A DNA stretch of 61,566 nucleotides, filler included, from Bipalium vagum (taxonomy: Eukaryota), in the NCBI GenBank assembly GCA_037834085.1. It is 3 parts of 3 records of this genome, joined end to end, with 100 filler letters (N's around TTAATTAATTAA, not from the genome) between each part and the next. Parts side by side here need not be neighbours in the genome. Positions count along the whole stretch, not along the records: positions 41,148 to 61,566 come from JBBMKC010253721.1; 2 more parts are not named here. The stretch is one strand, 5' to 3'. Below are positions 41,455 to 57,200 of this stretch, piece after piece. The stretch's first letter is position 1, and every line of letters begins with the position of its first letter. A program made the translations under genes and the position numbers. A model generated the notes under the pieces. The model was not told the origin of the DNA. It worked only from the letters and a program-made list of their open reading frames with translations, and made no database searches.

Positions 41455-41820
41455 AAGGTTGGTGAGATAAGGTTTTCTAATGTTTTGTCAAAGAATATCG
41501 ATTTCTCGCCACAGGTAATAATTCTTTTAATCATAGCCTGCTTTTGGTTACTTAGCAGTAAAGAATAGCAAATGGATAAACATTGATTTTTAATAATTCA
41601 TAATATTAAATGTGGACCCAATTTTTAAGTTTTTTTACTTTTCTAATTTGTTTAAGATGATCACAAACTGTTGTGTTGTCTACTTCAAATATATCTGCAA
41701 GTGCGCGAGTTGATTGTTGAGGATTGGGCTCAAATTTTGCTTTAAAGGAACTATTATCAATCGCTGATGGTCGACCTGAACAACACTGGTCTTCAACGAC
41801 ATGTCTAAATATTTTCATTT
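41455..41820 (-). mobile_element. mariner remnant
   Basis: SGRPSAIDN..NPQQSTRALA..TVCDHLKQI..KKLKNWV, with a TIR-like aaggttggtgagataagg near 41455. Confidence 0.75.
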
Positions 41821-42258
41821 TCTTTTGTGATCTTTTTAATTAACATTTGATCTTAACATATAATTATTTAATTATACATATTTGATCTTGACATTTAATT
41901 ACTTAATTATTGATTATTTATTTTCAGTGTGATACAATTGATTTTTATTTAAAGACAGTTGATTGAAATTTTAGTGATTGTTTGGAATATTTTGTATTGT
42001 TGTTGAAGCAATAAAGTGTTTTATTTAGTCATTTGATTCATTCAATTGCGTACACGTATAGGAACAAGTGAAGGGAACGTAACGTTTCGAGCTAAGGTTA
42101 CGACTGGGTTCATAGTGAAATAATATCGTAATAGTTCTAAAAATTTTACTCAATAAGAAGTATATGCACACACCCTTTATTTTTGTATATTTAAAATTAC
42201 CAAATATATATATATATAATCTATTGACAAGAAAGAAATTGATGTTCACTGTCATCAT

Positions 42259-45200
42259 CTAGATAAATTCAAAATTTTCGGTATTTATTGTCGAAAGGTC
42301 CTAAATATTTTTTCATTATATTTTAAATAAAAAATGTAAGAACCCCAGATAAACCTGAATTTATAAATTAGATCTGAAAAAAAAAACTATAAGTTTACCT
42401 TCAGTAGAAATGTCATCAAACTGAACAATAGATCAAATTTAATTAAATTATATTGTGATTATAAAATTAATCAAAATGTAATTAAAATTTGAACTAGACA
42501 ACATTGAAGTCTCATCAGTTTCTTCAAGCATTTAATGCGCTTCCTCTACTAATTTACACATATAAAATAAAATCATTAGTACATGTCAGAAATGTAATTT
42601 TGATCTATTCATTTATTTTACCTTCTAAGTGTTTTTTAACAAAGAGTATTCTAAACCTAAATTAACTTACATTAGACATTCCGACAATGTTTAAATAAAG
42701 TAAATCTCTTTATTTAAATTTAGTAAATTTATTTTAGTTAAAATAAAATCAAGTAATACATAATAATTTTCTATTTAATAATATAATAAACATTAATTAT
42801 AAACATTATATTATAATTATCAATAATAATATATAATTTTAGAATATACTAAATATAAAAGAAATATGAAAGAATGAAAAAAATTCCATAGGAAATGATT
42901 TACATTAACGAAATAGTTCGGAAATATAAAAGTGGAAGAACGATTGTTGATATTTGCTGCGATTTTAATAAGAAATACAAACCGTTATATGAATTATATT
43001 AATATATGATTTCATTATATAAAAATGGATTAAATTACAATGAATAATATTGTAAAATATTTTTCAGACTTTGTATTTTACAATTAATTCTTAATATATA
43101 TTTAAACAAATGGTAGTAGGATGCAGCCTATACTCTATTTTAGCCACTGATTTTTATTTCAATAACTCACTTGGAATCAAAATTCATTGTAAAAATAAAA
43201 ATATTTGATGATTACCAAATTATAAAATTTTAAGTCCTTAAAAATTAACTTTCCTAGATACAGGGTTTTTATACTCATCTCGGAAAAAATTACAATACAA
43301 ATATTTTTCATGGCTTCTTTATTAATGCATCTTGGTATGAAACTTATCATATGATGATAATGTAATGCACAATTACTTGACGATATTAATGTATAACTGT
43401 ATTTATAAGCTTAATTAAAGTTTCTCCATCTGATGGACACGATTGACTGATGATATTTTTCCACTGAGAATGACATTTTATTGGTTTTATGTTGATCCGT
43501 TTCATTATTTTTTCTAGAATCCTTTTTTGATTTAGGTTTACTTTATTCACTGGTATCAATATTAAAAATAAGATCCATATTTACGAAATTAGATCTTCTA
43601 TCTTCCAAAATATTTTAGATAATCTCTTGAAAGCTACCTGAAATTGCTGCAATTTTCAAAGAAATTTTTGTGATCCAATACTGCCACAATTTTTGCCAGG
43701 ATTTAAATATATCAAGTTCAGTCAAAAGTTATTCATGTTTTAAAGTAAATAATTTACTTACAATTTTTTTTAACACAAATCACATTAATTCTCAAAATAT
43801 AGTCCATCAGTTTCTATAACTCGAAGCCATCTCTTTGCCAATTGCTCATTTTCATGGCGATAACCCTCAGGTTTTTTGAGGCAAAGAATTTTGTTATTTC
43901 ATTTTTGAGCTCTTTCTCTGAACCAAAGCGTCTCCCTCGTAAAAAATATGAGAGACCGAAACATGTGATAATCAGAAGGAGTAAGATTCGGGCTATACGA
44001 TGGGTGGGGATGACTTGGATGCCTTGCAGTTCCTGATTTTCCACTTCACTATTCATGATGTATGAGCTGGAGAATTATCATGCTGTAGGAGTGTTCTACC
44101 GCGATTCAACAATGCTTGGTAACAAGTGCTCAAAGCATCATGAACTCGCTGTAGTTGTTCAGCATATAAGTCACCATCGATAGCTCGACTATCTGGAACA
44201 AGTTCCCAGTGCATAGGGCCCTCGTAATTCCACTAACGCACAACATCACTCTCTTTTAGAAGCGAACTGGTGAAACTACATGCTGAATTGGCTCGCCAGG
44301 CAGAAGCCACAACTTACCTCTACTAGAATTACGAAAGAAAACCAACTTTTCATCTCCTGTAATAATGGGCCTCCAAAAGCGGTTGTCTCTGATTAAAGCG
44401 ACGAAACCACCACTGAGCTGTATTTTCCTTGAGGACATCCTTGCCTTTCACGTCTTAAATTTCTAGAGTTGCAGCTGCCGCTGAGAGACTTTTTTCCAAT
44501 AATGATGTAATAGGATCCGAATTACTACTTTTTCTTCAATCATTCTAACTGTAAAAATAAGTAAATGGAATTTTATAAATTTAAAATGTAATTACATTCT
44601 TCTTTTCAAGGGCTTTTAAATGATACCAAAGTTTTCATATAAATATTATTATTAAATGACATGGTAAAACAAGAACTTTAAATAACAAAAAAACTTTTGA
44701 CTCAACCTGATAATAGGTCCACTGAATTGAAAATATGTGATTCTCTCAAAGTTTACAACATGTATTCTATATTTGGAATTGGAAAAGCTTGCCTTTAACT
44801 TAAACTTCATTTTTAATATTTAATATTAACTTAATTTTTATACTTAAAGGAAACAAAATTCCATAGTGTCAAAATTGTGTTAAATTGAATTCGATTGGTC
44901 TAATTATGTTTTTTGAGGAATGAATTTATAAATAAAATATTTTTCGAAATAAAGTATTCTTAAGACTACTTATTGTTAAAGTAAGAAAAATATTACAAAT
45001 CTTGTTTTTATAAAATTTAAATGTGTGATAAAATATATAATATTATTAATAATAAAATGAGACTAAAGAAATAAGTAAAATTAAACTACCTTTTCATTTT
45101 TATCAAAGACAATATCTAAAATAAAAATAACAATAAAATGGTATAAGTGACAAATGAGAAAGTTAATGGAAAGTTCTTTTCATCATGTTATTATTGGGTT

Positions 45201-48200
45201 GTTCGTAAATTCACTTAGCTTTTTTAATACCTGTCTTTAAATCTTAATTTAAAGTACTTAAGTCATTTTAAAGGTTGGAATATTACTGTCACACCACGTA
45301 TCTCAGAATTGAAATAATATATTCAGAAAATGAAAGCAATGGAAAACACAAAGTAAATATAAAACACGCACAATGTCTAAACTGTAAGTTTTAACATTTA
45401 AAAAATATTTTTATAAGAATTCTATTTACGGAATTGTTTTACATAAAATCTGCCTTACATATTTGTTAGAATAGTTTTAATTAGCTATCAAGGAATTTTA
45501 TATAATTTTTTATTTTCAGGATTTAATATATTTTTACCTTTAAACAAGTCAATGACTTGACAGAAATCATTTGAGATTGCCTGAAAAATAATTATTATTG
45601 ATAGAATATATATATTATTTCACAATAAAATATACCAAAAATCCAAGAGTAGAGTGGTATTATTATATTCATTTATAAAATTCATAGCATAAAAATATTT
45701 CAAAATAAATTATTATTGGGTTGTGGAATAAGCTCGGAATTATTTTCATTAAAATTAAAAGATGGAGTTCTTATACCATATACCACAACCCTTAGACTTC
45801 ACCATATGCATATTTCATGTCTCGCTTCTGCTGCATTCACCTTTTTAGATGAAAAAAAAGATGTGCCTAAAATTCTGCTTCAGATCTTCAGCGTAATTTG
45901 CTGCATTCATTATGAAATTACGAATGGCATAAAATTTTTTGTTAAACAATTAAATTACAAACAAACAAATTATAAACAAACCCAGATATTATTCATAATT
46001 ATTTAAAAATTGTATTTGAATTTAGCAGTTGAAAATAATGCAGAGCTTCTTCCACAACTTAATAAAATTATTAAGACCAAGGTTTATAAAATTTTTGGCA
46101 TAAAATTTCTTTCCTTGTTTTCTTTTTTAACAAAATAAGTTGAATACATCTATGAACTTTATTTATTTTTTAAAATTTTTTTAGAATCATAAAATTAGAA
46201 ATGTAATTTGTAAAGGTAATATTATGTAGACGTTCTTTTTGAGACGTAGATATTGATAAAATGCGGAATTTTACAATTTTAAAGATTTTTCTAAAATTTT
46301 AAAAATTCATAAATAGATAAATAAATAAGATAAAAACTTAAAAATAAAGCGAATTTTGAAAGCAAAAGGTTTTAATCAATTTTTTTCGAAGAAGTAATTG
46401 TACAAAAAGACAATAATTTGTTTAGGTGATAGTTTAGATGAAATATGTGGATTATACTGAAAATCGTATAAATTGAAATGTCTATAACTAAACCTATTAA
46501 GTTTTAAGGATTTATGAAAGAATTTTGAAGATATTTGTTGCCTCTTTTTTGGTTTTCAGTCATGATGGAGGGGATAATAATGATAATTAAAATTATTAAT
46601 AATAAATAAATTAATTGATATCAGCAAGTTAATGTAATATGTTTAGTAATAATCAAAACGATGCGAAACAAGTCTTCAATAATTTCATCGCTACCAGAGA
46701 TACGGACTTTTATGCAAATGGCATAAATAAACTTGTGATTTGTTGACGAAAGTGTACTGATTCAAATGGATCTTATTTTGATTAGCTGTGCTTTTTTATT
46801 AAAATATATGCTTTCATAGTTCTATATTAAAAAACAACATTATTTTTTGAACAACCTAATAATTATATAAAATACTAAAATTCAATGTTGAAAATTATAG
46901 GAAAATCTACAAATCATAAAAATATCGGACGTGATTAATGATAGGTAAATGAAACATCAACTAAAGATATTAATAAATTATCTTTAAGGGTTTCTCGGTG
47001 ATATGTTTATTAATTATCAATTATTGCTGATAATACTTCTGATTGAATATTACATATGATGTGCCTCCGAGAAAACCAGCAATCATTTTCCCAGAAGTAC
47101 AAAATCTTAGTTAGTCAACAGAATTGAATCAGTTTTGAGACATATCTCAATTTATCGATGAAAATATCAGTTTCTGACAAATGGGAGTGTAGAGAAAGAA
47201 ATAAGTACTGGAAGATCGAGTATTTCTAAGAAAAAGATTGATCGTATTAGTTAGGCCTTTACCAATAATCCAAAGCAATCATTGCGATATGCAAGTAGGG
47301 AATTACAAAATAATAATCAAGATTTCTTGATTTTACAATGTGGAGCACTGTACAAATACCGCGTTCTACAGTGCACAAAGTAATTCGTAAGCGCCTTCAC
47401 CTTTATCTGTACAAAATTCGACCTTTTCATATGTTGTATGCGAAGGACAAGATTAATCGCACTAATTTTGCTGTGAATATGCTGGAACGATTAGGTAACG
47501 ATCCGCATTTCCTTGAAAAAATCCTGTTCACCAATGAGTTAACCTTTCATGTGTCAGGGATTGTAATAGACATAATTACAAAAATGGGGTTCTGAGAACC
47601 CGCTGTTATTTCAAAGCATGAAAGAGATACTCAAAAATTAAATGTGTAGTGTGGCCTTTTTCATAATCAAATTATAGGTCCTTTTCTCTTTGTGGAGAAA
47701 ACCATAACAGCTGCAAGTTATCTTGCTATGATCCAACAAAAAATAGTCAAAAAGCTCCAAGGAAATAACTTTCACTCTACAAGATGGTTCACCGCTGCAC
47801 TGGAGTCTTTCGGTTCATTATTTCCTCAATAATTAGTTGCCTGAAAGATGGATAAGAAGAGGCGTCCTGACCAACACGATCACCAGATTTAACCCCCCTG
47901 TATTTTTTCCTCTGGAGTTATGTAAAAGATCGCGTGTGTTCAATCAAAATAAAAAATTTGGAACATTTGAAAAGTAGAATTACGGATATTGTTGCAACAG
48001 TGACTGCGGAAATGCTGCAAAACACCTGGGTTGATATTGAATACCGGCTTGACACACTACGCGTAACAAATGGCTCCCATCTTGAAATGTATTGATAATG
48101 ATTAATGTGCTAAAACTTTTATACATATACCATATACATCTATTAATTGTTTATGTAAATAATTTATGTAATTTATTCATTTCATAGTTATAATAAATTT

Positions 48201-51200
48201 TCATTTTTGTACGATTCTGTTATGGACACCCTGTATTTCACTTTGAATTATTACAAATTATTCCGTAACATATTTCGCATTATTATTTTATTTTTGTAAG
48301 CACTTTAAATTAATCACCATATTCTTTTATAGATTTTATAAAACCGTGTAGTCAATGAATTGCTAATTAATTATATTAGGTCGTCTCAAAAGTAATGTCG
48401 TTTTTTATAGTTAATATTTATTTGAATATCGATTTTTTTACTATATTAAAATCATAAGTAATTTGGCGAAGTACGTAATTAATAATTTTTTATTGTAAAA
48501 ATTTAAAGAACACATTAAATTTGTAAAAATGACAGACAAAATAGCAAGTGAGGAACACACGCAATTGCATGCTGTATGAATTTAACCATGAGAAAACTGC
48601 ATCAGAAGCAATGAAATCAATAAGTAAAATTTATCCAGATACTCTCGATCTGAGGACATGTAAGAGGTGGTTAAGACGGTTCAAAGACGAAATGTTGATT
48701 TATGCAATGCCTCTAAATCTGGTAGGCCATGGGCTGTAGATATGAATGCTATCAAGGCTGCTGTGAAAGAAAATTCATCTCAAACCCTGGATGACTTGAG
48801 TAATGAACTCAATTATGATAGAGAAAAAATTCGTCGACATTCACATGATATGGGAAAAACAAGTAGAGCAGGAATAAGAGTACCACACTAACTTAGCGAA
48901 AAACACAAAAATCAGCTCTTTTAAACTTTCAAAATGCTTATTTTAATGTAGAATAATGAAAACTTCTTGGACCGCATTATAACTGGTGACGAAAAGTAGC
49001 TTATGTATGTCAACTCTAGTCGTAAAAGGCAATGGTTCAACTGACCAAACACCTGAATTCACCGGAAAGCCAAATATTCATGGAAAAAAGGTTTTGCTGT
49101 GTTTGGTGGTTGCTCGTGGTATAATTCATTTCGAGTTGCTCCATAATGGTCAAATATTAACCACAGATATTTACCGCGCCTAGTTAGAAAGGTTAAAAAC
49201 CAAAAATAAATTTAGGAAAAAGAGAAAAGGAATCATTCTCCATCAAGATAATGAGCGACCGCATATCGCAAAGAAATCACTCCAGAAAATTAGGGTGTTT
49301 GACTGGGAACTTTTACCTCACCCTCCATATAGTCCGGACATTGCACCACCCGATTACTATTTGTTCCGACCAATGCAAAATTTTTTAGTCGGTAAAAAAT
49401 TTAATTCTTATGAAGCTGCTAATATGGCTATGCACCAGTTTTTCGATTCCAGGAGTGAAAACATTTACAAGGCTGGTATAATGAAATTATATTGTAAATG
49501 TAATGACATTGTGGAACATAATGGTGATTACGTTTGTGATTAATATATATGTATTTTAAGTAAATGTTTTCTCAAACTTTTTGTAAAAAAAAAATTACTT
49601 CTGAGACGACCTAATATTAAACAAACTAGTCGAATTTATAGGAAATGAATTTACCATATTATTTTCGGTATTGAACATATCATCAGAAACTTCCATCATT
49701 CCTGAATTGTTTTCTAAAATCAAAATTACTAATTGAAAGTATTACAAGAATATTCAATACTTAAAAAACAAATTTAATGTAGGAAATCTCAAAATTCTGT
49801 TTTTTACCCATTTTTAATCCAAAACTTTAAAATTCTGAAAATTATCAACAAGATATAAAGATAGACATGTTCATTTTTTTATTCCTTTCCTTTCACTTTT
49901 GTTACCTTTAGAGAAAAAAATTAATCTAGTTTCGTATATCATGTTACTTAATAATATTATACAAGGTCTTCCAAAAGAAGCTTTAATACTTTTAATATAT
50001 TAAGTACTAAGTAGTTTTTGTTTAAATAAATTAATATTTAACATTATTCTAGCTAAACATTTGAAAATAAAATATGGATCGTTATAATATGCAAAAAGGG
50101 ACAGAAATTGTCAAAATATTTTATCAAAGCGGTAGTTCAATTTCAGTAACCGTTAAAAAATTAAATGCAAAATTTGGGAAAAACAAATGTCAATCAAAAC
50201 CAACAATTTAGAGTCTTGTTAATGCTTTTGAAGCATTTGGTTCGGTAGCAGATAGACCAAAATCTGGACGACCTCGATCTGCGAGTATACCTGAAAATAT
50301 TGCAAGTACATGAGAAAGCATTGAAGACAATAAATGCACCCTCAATCAGTCATAGAGGCTTTCACATCATCCCACAATGGCTCAATTATATTCAGATCTG
50401 GTGATTGAGTCGACCAATCACTCAGTACGCATAATTTAGACTTTTCCAAAAATAAAGTCACCACTCTTGACTTATGGCATGGAACTACGCTTATTGAAAT
50501 ACATTGGCAGCAACCATTTCTTCAATACATCCTGATAGGCATCAGAATTCATCCGATCCTGACACCTTATGAAAACTCTGGATCCATCTTCTTTGATTGC
50601 GCCACAAGCCATCAATCTTTTTCTTCAAAATTTAACAGTTTTCGTGATATATTTTGGATTATACCTAGATCCCTGAGGTCTGTGGACATATTCTCTTCTT
50701 CTAGAAAACAGTTCTATCGGGGTTTCATAAGTAAAAATCACGTCATTCCAAAAAGAAGGAAAAAGTTTGCTATAATCTCTGCACTACTTTAAGAGATTCT
50801 TGATATGTCGCTCATTTATTATAAATATGGTTTCTTCGCTGCAATTTGTCCGAACAAGCAATACTTTCTCAGAATGCGCTTCACAGTACTAACTGAAAAA
50901 GTTTGGATGGATTTCCAATCGATAAAAAGATCTCGTGCTGTTTTCTGGGGATTTTGCTTTGACATTCGAATAAGTGATCTTTCTGTATTTTTCGGATTAC
51001 AACCATGTCAATCCTCATATTTTGCCTCCCATCTTCCCAAACCTAAATCTATTGAACTACTACGTGTTGGGCGTTATTGAGAAAGAGATCAATGAAAATT
51101 TTTATAATATTTTGAATTCACTATAAGCCACCTTACTCAGAGTAATGTCCATGATGAGCTAGGACCACACAGTATTTAATAAATAATTTTATCTCAGTTT

Positions 51201-54200
51201 TAAATTTCAATACAAAGATTTTAGAAATTCTTTTTTAAAAGTTTCTATGGATGAAATATTTAATCAATAAACATTGTAATACCACAAAATTAAAAAGTTA
51301 CCTTTGTGGTTTAGTAGATCAGATACTTGAGCACTTTGGTCCAAATTATTTTCCTAAATTAAATGATCATTTTGACTCGTGTATGAAATGATGAGAAGTG
51401 AATTAATTATACAAACATATCAATTATAATTATGTACATATAATACTTTAATAAAAAATTTAATAATATTGATTAATTAATAAATATAATAAATAATAAT
51501 TAATAATATAATAAATCAATGTTACATTCTAATATTGAAAATCTTTTAGTAATTGATTAAACATAGATAAAATTATACCATCTTCGTCATTCTTATTTTT
51601 TGTTTTATTAGCATTTCGAGATGATTTAAAAAATTTAAAAATTGAAACAAAAAAAATGGTCTTCAATAATATTGAAGTTTTGTATTTATTTATAATACGT
51701 ATATCAATATTTGTACGAAATTTATTTAGTTTTCTTACAAAAATAACTTATATAATATGCTTATTAACTTAGGAACAATCAAATAATAAAGTGAAGCCCT
51801 GTTGTAGGAATGAAAAATATAAAACTAAATATTAGATTAAATACTTAATTAATTTATTATTATTTATTATTTTAAATTATTTTTTTTTGCAATTCTTATT
51901 TATAAACATTGTATCCCAAGAGTGATTATCACTAACAAAAGATTGATGAATATTTTTAAAATATGAAAAAAAAATTTGACTTAATAATAATATATATAAG
52001 AAATATGAAAAGCATAAGTTAACTATATTCTTCTCTTCGAATTTCAAAACTTCTGAGAAAATAAAAAATTTATTACACTGTTGATATCTGAAATTATAAA
52101 AAAATCATTAGTGTTTTTGAAAATATTAATCAACTAACAGTCTTCATCAAGAGTATTCAATATTGGATCCTGAATTCGTGAAAAAATAAAATTTAATACA
52201 AGAATTTTGATAATTTCTTACATCTGGTCTTCCTGAAAAAAAATGAAAAAAAAGGTTAGTAGAAAGACTAATAGTAATCTAAATATTATTTAAGTCAAGT
52301 AATTAAAATTTTTTTCAAAATGTAAGAAAAATATTACTTTAAATACACGAAAATCATTATAACGAAAGGCCATTAAAAATAAAAAATTGTTTAATTTTAT
52401 TATTTTCTCACTAAATATATTAAACGTAAAATAATAATTTTTTTTATTTATACAAGTTTTAAATATCTTTGAAAATATACATGTTTTTTTTTACCAATAT
52501 TTTCTTCTAGATAATGATGTATCAGATAGTATTGGGTTGGCAAATAAGTCTATTCGTTATTTTTAATGAAAAAATAAGACTGCAATGATTTTATTGATAA
52601 AAAAATTTTAATCAATTATGTATTGACCATTTTGATTAATGACTCCATCCATATTTCTACAAATTTCATTATTTCCTGTTTGTAGAACTCCTCGCGCTTT
52701 AAATGACTCATCATCTTTTATGAAAGATGATCCTGGTTAAAGTATTTTTTAGTGACTTAAATAAATAATAGTCAGTAGGAGGTAGATGAGCCAAAACATC
52801 ACCAAAGCTCAGTAATCTGTTCCGGTTGACTAAAAAGAAGGTATGAGGTCTAGAATTGTCGCGCTGAAAAACCAAGCACTAGCGACTTGACATTTTTGTT
52901 TGTGTGGATGAATTTTGTTAATTGCAAGTAGTACACATTCAAAGTGATTGTTATGCTAGGTGGCAGTAGCATATAATAAATGACAGCTCTGAAATACTAC
53001 CAAATTGAAAGCATTATTTTTTGAGGTAAGAAAGTCTTCCGTAAAAGGTGATGGTGTGTATTGGACTAACCTTTGACGTATTCTAAGCTACCAAAACACA
53101 ATTCAGCAAGACTATATTTCGTTAAATCCTTGCAAAATATGAAAGGGAGCTACTTTGAAGCAGTTTTATCGATAAATAGGATAGTGCTAACTGTAACATA
53201 GAGATTGAAACAAAAAATTGAAAATTCAGAACTTTTTAAAAAAAACTAAACGATCACAGAAAAAAAACTGATTCATTCTGACAGAATTTTGCCTAAAGAT
53301 GGATAAAATGTTTATTAATAAAAAGTTTTAATTAAATACATTTCGACTTATTCTTTGTCAAAATTTTTTAAATGTACTGAGTTTTGATGTTCAATTGATG
53401 TCAAACGTCATTCAAAGATTTTATCATTCATTATTGGCCACCCGTTATAAAATGATGTCAAAAATAAAAAAGCAGGCTCTCATATTTATTCTAATTTCAA
53501 ATTAACTAAAGAACAATTTTTTTACTAAGTATTTCGTGATTTATTAAGATATGAAAAAAACTCACTTTTTTTAATTTTTCGCTTGGATATGTCTGTGGAA
53601 GGAAAATTATATGTTTGGCTTGACTTGCCAAAAGAAGGACACCGAAGGCTATATTCTAAACTTTCTCCAGATATGCGAAATTTCTCAGGAATGATAAATT
53701 TAAACACGAGAGTTCTATTTGGATATTCACCCTAGAATAAGGACTATGCATAATGAACTTAAACAAAAAATAAATATTTTGAAAGCCAGAAAAAATGTCT
53801 TTCGTAGATTCTTTCAATATAAAAATAGTTGGAAATGGAAGATATTTAATTTTACTTCTGTGTAGGAACATTTTAATAAGTCCTTTCCAAGTCGTAATCT
53901 CATTTCAGATGGATAATCTATAATTATAATTGTAATTTTAATTTCCAATATTATAAAATTTTTAGGCGTACATCCAACATATTTATCAAGTGTCAATATA
54001 AGAACTCCCCAGCTGTCACTGTTTGGAGGCAGTCCATTGGCGACTATATCCAAATTTTCACAAATTTCTTGAACTGAAAGAAGTTGAACAAGTTTAAAAT
54101 CCCTACAAATCAAAATCTACATTTGTGTCGGATAAGCTCAGATTGGATCATCAGTTTCTCATGTTTGCCGTGAATTTCTACCTGAAGTCTGGAATTATAT

Positions 54201-57200
54201 TTTGACCTGTTCGGTCCTAAAATGATTTTTATTAAAATATTAATCAACAATTTTTGAGATTAAGATATTAAACGCTATTTAACATAATTAATTAAGAAAT
54301 TGAAGTTTAAAAATCCAGCTTTTCATCTGGTACTCTAATAAATATAAGAAATAAGAATGCAAAAGTATTATACTGACATTTTCTATTTAAAAATGAAGTA
54401 ACTAATATTTTTAGTACTTTTTTTACTTATTATTCTTTCTTTATTCAAACTATTTTTAGTAAGAAATTATCTATTACAATATATTTTTTATAATTTTCTT
54501 ATCACAATTATCAGTTTTTTATGAAAGACGTAAAAACACTTGTGAAATGTTTATTGCTCAACAAAGAATAAGTCTACATCAAAATTTAATAAGTAATAGA
54601 AAATTGATTCATTTTGATAACCATAAATAAGAAAAAACATTTGCAACTCCGGCGAGCCACCAAGAGCAACTCCAAAGAGAAGTTTCCTCTGAAATAATGC
54701 TATTTTATGCATTTGGTGGAACCATTAGGGCGTAATTCATCATGAGGTGATACAACCTGGTCATACGATTACAAGGGATATATAAAAAGAACAAACAATG
54801 CGTGCGAGCTAGAAACTGCGCCAAAACCGACCATAGTTGGACAAAAGACAACATAAACTCATTTTGTTACACGACAATGGTCTGGCGTTTACTAAAAAGG
54901 AGTTCAGTTCCCCCCATCGATGGGAAGTTTTACCCCGCGCAGCTTTCTCACGTGTTCAACAGCACTTCAAATCCTTTGAAGAAGATGAAAATTGAGTACC
55001 TCACTGGGGAGCCACTAAGGATAAAGATTTTTTAGCTGCGGAATTTATAAGCTTCCTGAAAGATGGACAAGGTTATTGTTAACGATGGTCATTAATTTGA
55101 TTAATGCATATTTTTTTGTTTGTATATAAAATAGACATTGAGTTGTTAAGAAAGGCTCATTTTCTTTGCATGCATCTAATAAAAACTCAAATATGGTATT
55201 AACCATTATTCAAGTACATACGTTTTCTAAAAATCAAGTGCAAATGTTAAAGAAATAAAATGGGTGGATTTTATTGCCAAGAGTCAAGAAATTCCCTGTT
55301 GCGGAAAAATAATGAAAATTTTTTCACTGCTTTAATTTTCTAATACAATTAATTATCAGAAAAACAAAATAAGTTTTAGTGTTTCGGTCTTCTAACTTCA
55401 TTAGGTAATAAAAAACAAAAAAATCTACAATAGAAAACATTTAAATTAAGAGTAGTTTTATGAAATTTTTGTTAGTGATTTAAAGCATCACTATTTGGTT
55501 GAAATTTACTTTAGCCCAGTCTTCTTAAAATGAGCTAATACAAGAATGTTACTAATGATTACCATAAACTTCAAAGATTATATTACAGCATAGAAAATTA
55601 ACAAAAAATTATTATTATTATTAAATATAAAGATTTATAACTAGACTGCATACGATAAGTTTTTTCACCAAATTCCAAAATTAAGAGAAGATTAAGCGTT
55701 AGTAGAATTACAGATATTTTAATAAACATTGATTATTATAATAATAAAGAGAGAGATATGATAAAAAACCGTTTCTGAGAATAGGGTTGAGTTATCTCTG
55801 GCTTTACCAATTCAAGTGGCATTGATTCATACAATTCAAAATTTTAAGGTGTAGAGATGCTTCCTTTATTGTCTTCCAATATCCTTTCGAGGTGCTTGAT
55901 GTTGTATTTCTCAGTCTTCAAGACGGAGAGCTACGCAGGTATTCAAAGGAATTTGCATCTGGTGAGTTACCGGTCAATTAAAGGATCAACACATTTTTCG
56001 TGAAAAAATTTTGCTATGCTTTTGTGAAACATTTATTGGGGTGTTGTCAAGCATAAATCTGTAATGTCTCTTTGGATATATCAACTCCAATTATATCATC
56101 ATCATGCTTTGATATTCCTTAGAATTGGGAGATAATTTAATGCACCTAATAGGACCAACACCGTTAATAAAATAACAGCCAATACATCAACCTGGATGTC
56201 ATTTTTGACATTTGGAAATACAGTTTTTAAATTATATTTTCCTCTTTTGCTCGAGTAACAAACTGTAATCTCCTATTTGATTTTAACTGAAAGATGTTTT
56301 CATCTGAGAAAAGCAAAGAATCCAATCCATATCTGATTGGCCAACAGGAGAACATTGAAATTAAATCTTTTCTCTTAATAAGCTGTTTCATGTAGAGATA
56401 TGGTTTTGGAAAATCTCTCTTTAGGCTATTTAGGCCAAACATAAGCAGAATTTTGGAAAAAAGAATATATATTTATCATTCTAAAAAATTCTGATATAAT
56501 TTCATTGAATGTTGCAATGTTACCAGATACATTCTTTAGAGAAATTTTCTTCTGTAATGAGGATATTTTATGTCTCTCAGCTCTAAATATGTTTGCAATT
56601 GTCCCTAAAGAAATAAGTTTTTATATAATATTCTGACAACCACGTTTTGATTAAATGTAATGAAAGTTCTTTTTCAATAGATATAATACATCCTTCCCAT
56701 GGTTTTCCAACTTTTCATAACGCCAAAACCACTATTCCTTGAGATTCTGTTAAAAATTTACCATTCTATTAAATAGTAGGTCGTATCAAATGTTTCCATG
56801 ATTTTGATAGCTTAATTTTCTTTTATCAATATAATAATAATAATAACAATTCTTTAATAACAATTTTAAAAAATTGAGATCATTGATATTTTACTATCAA
56901 ACTATATTTGGAAGTTTTGTTTAAATAACCATATCAATGCATTTATTTTAATGTACTATACAGTAAAATGAATACAGAGAAATTCAATTCGAGGCTTAAT
57001 CTGTCATTATTGGAAAAGGAGATTTACTATTGCTGCCATGTTGTTGTCTATAGCACAGTCTCAGATTAGTTCAAAAAGTTAGAAAACGGAGATTTAAGTC
57101 TCGAAGATAGGCCCCCCCCACAAAGGAAGATCTTCTGTAGTAAATGAAGGGCTTCTACAGGAAGCATTAATTGACCATACACATGTCTCAACGTGTGATT

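Noticed and set aside
42490-42685. Additional exon-like pieces upstream of 42420
   Set aside because: In-frame stops or missing AG acceptors; not needed for the phase-consistent model.
51579-51614. MLIKQKIRMTKM|gt as the first exon of a separate small gene
   Set aside because: Phase-compatible with 51353 but low-complexity; the downstream exons are more simply explained as the RHD tail. Not excluded.
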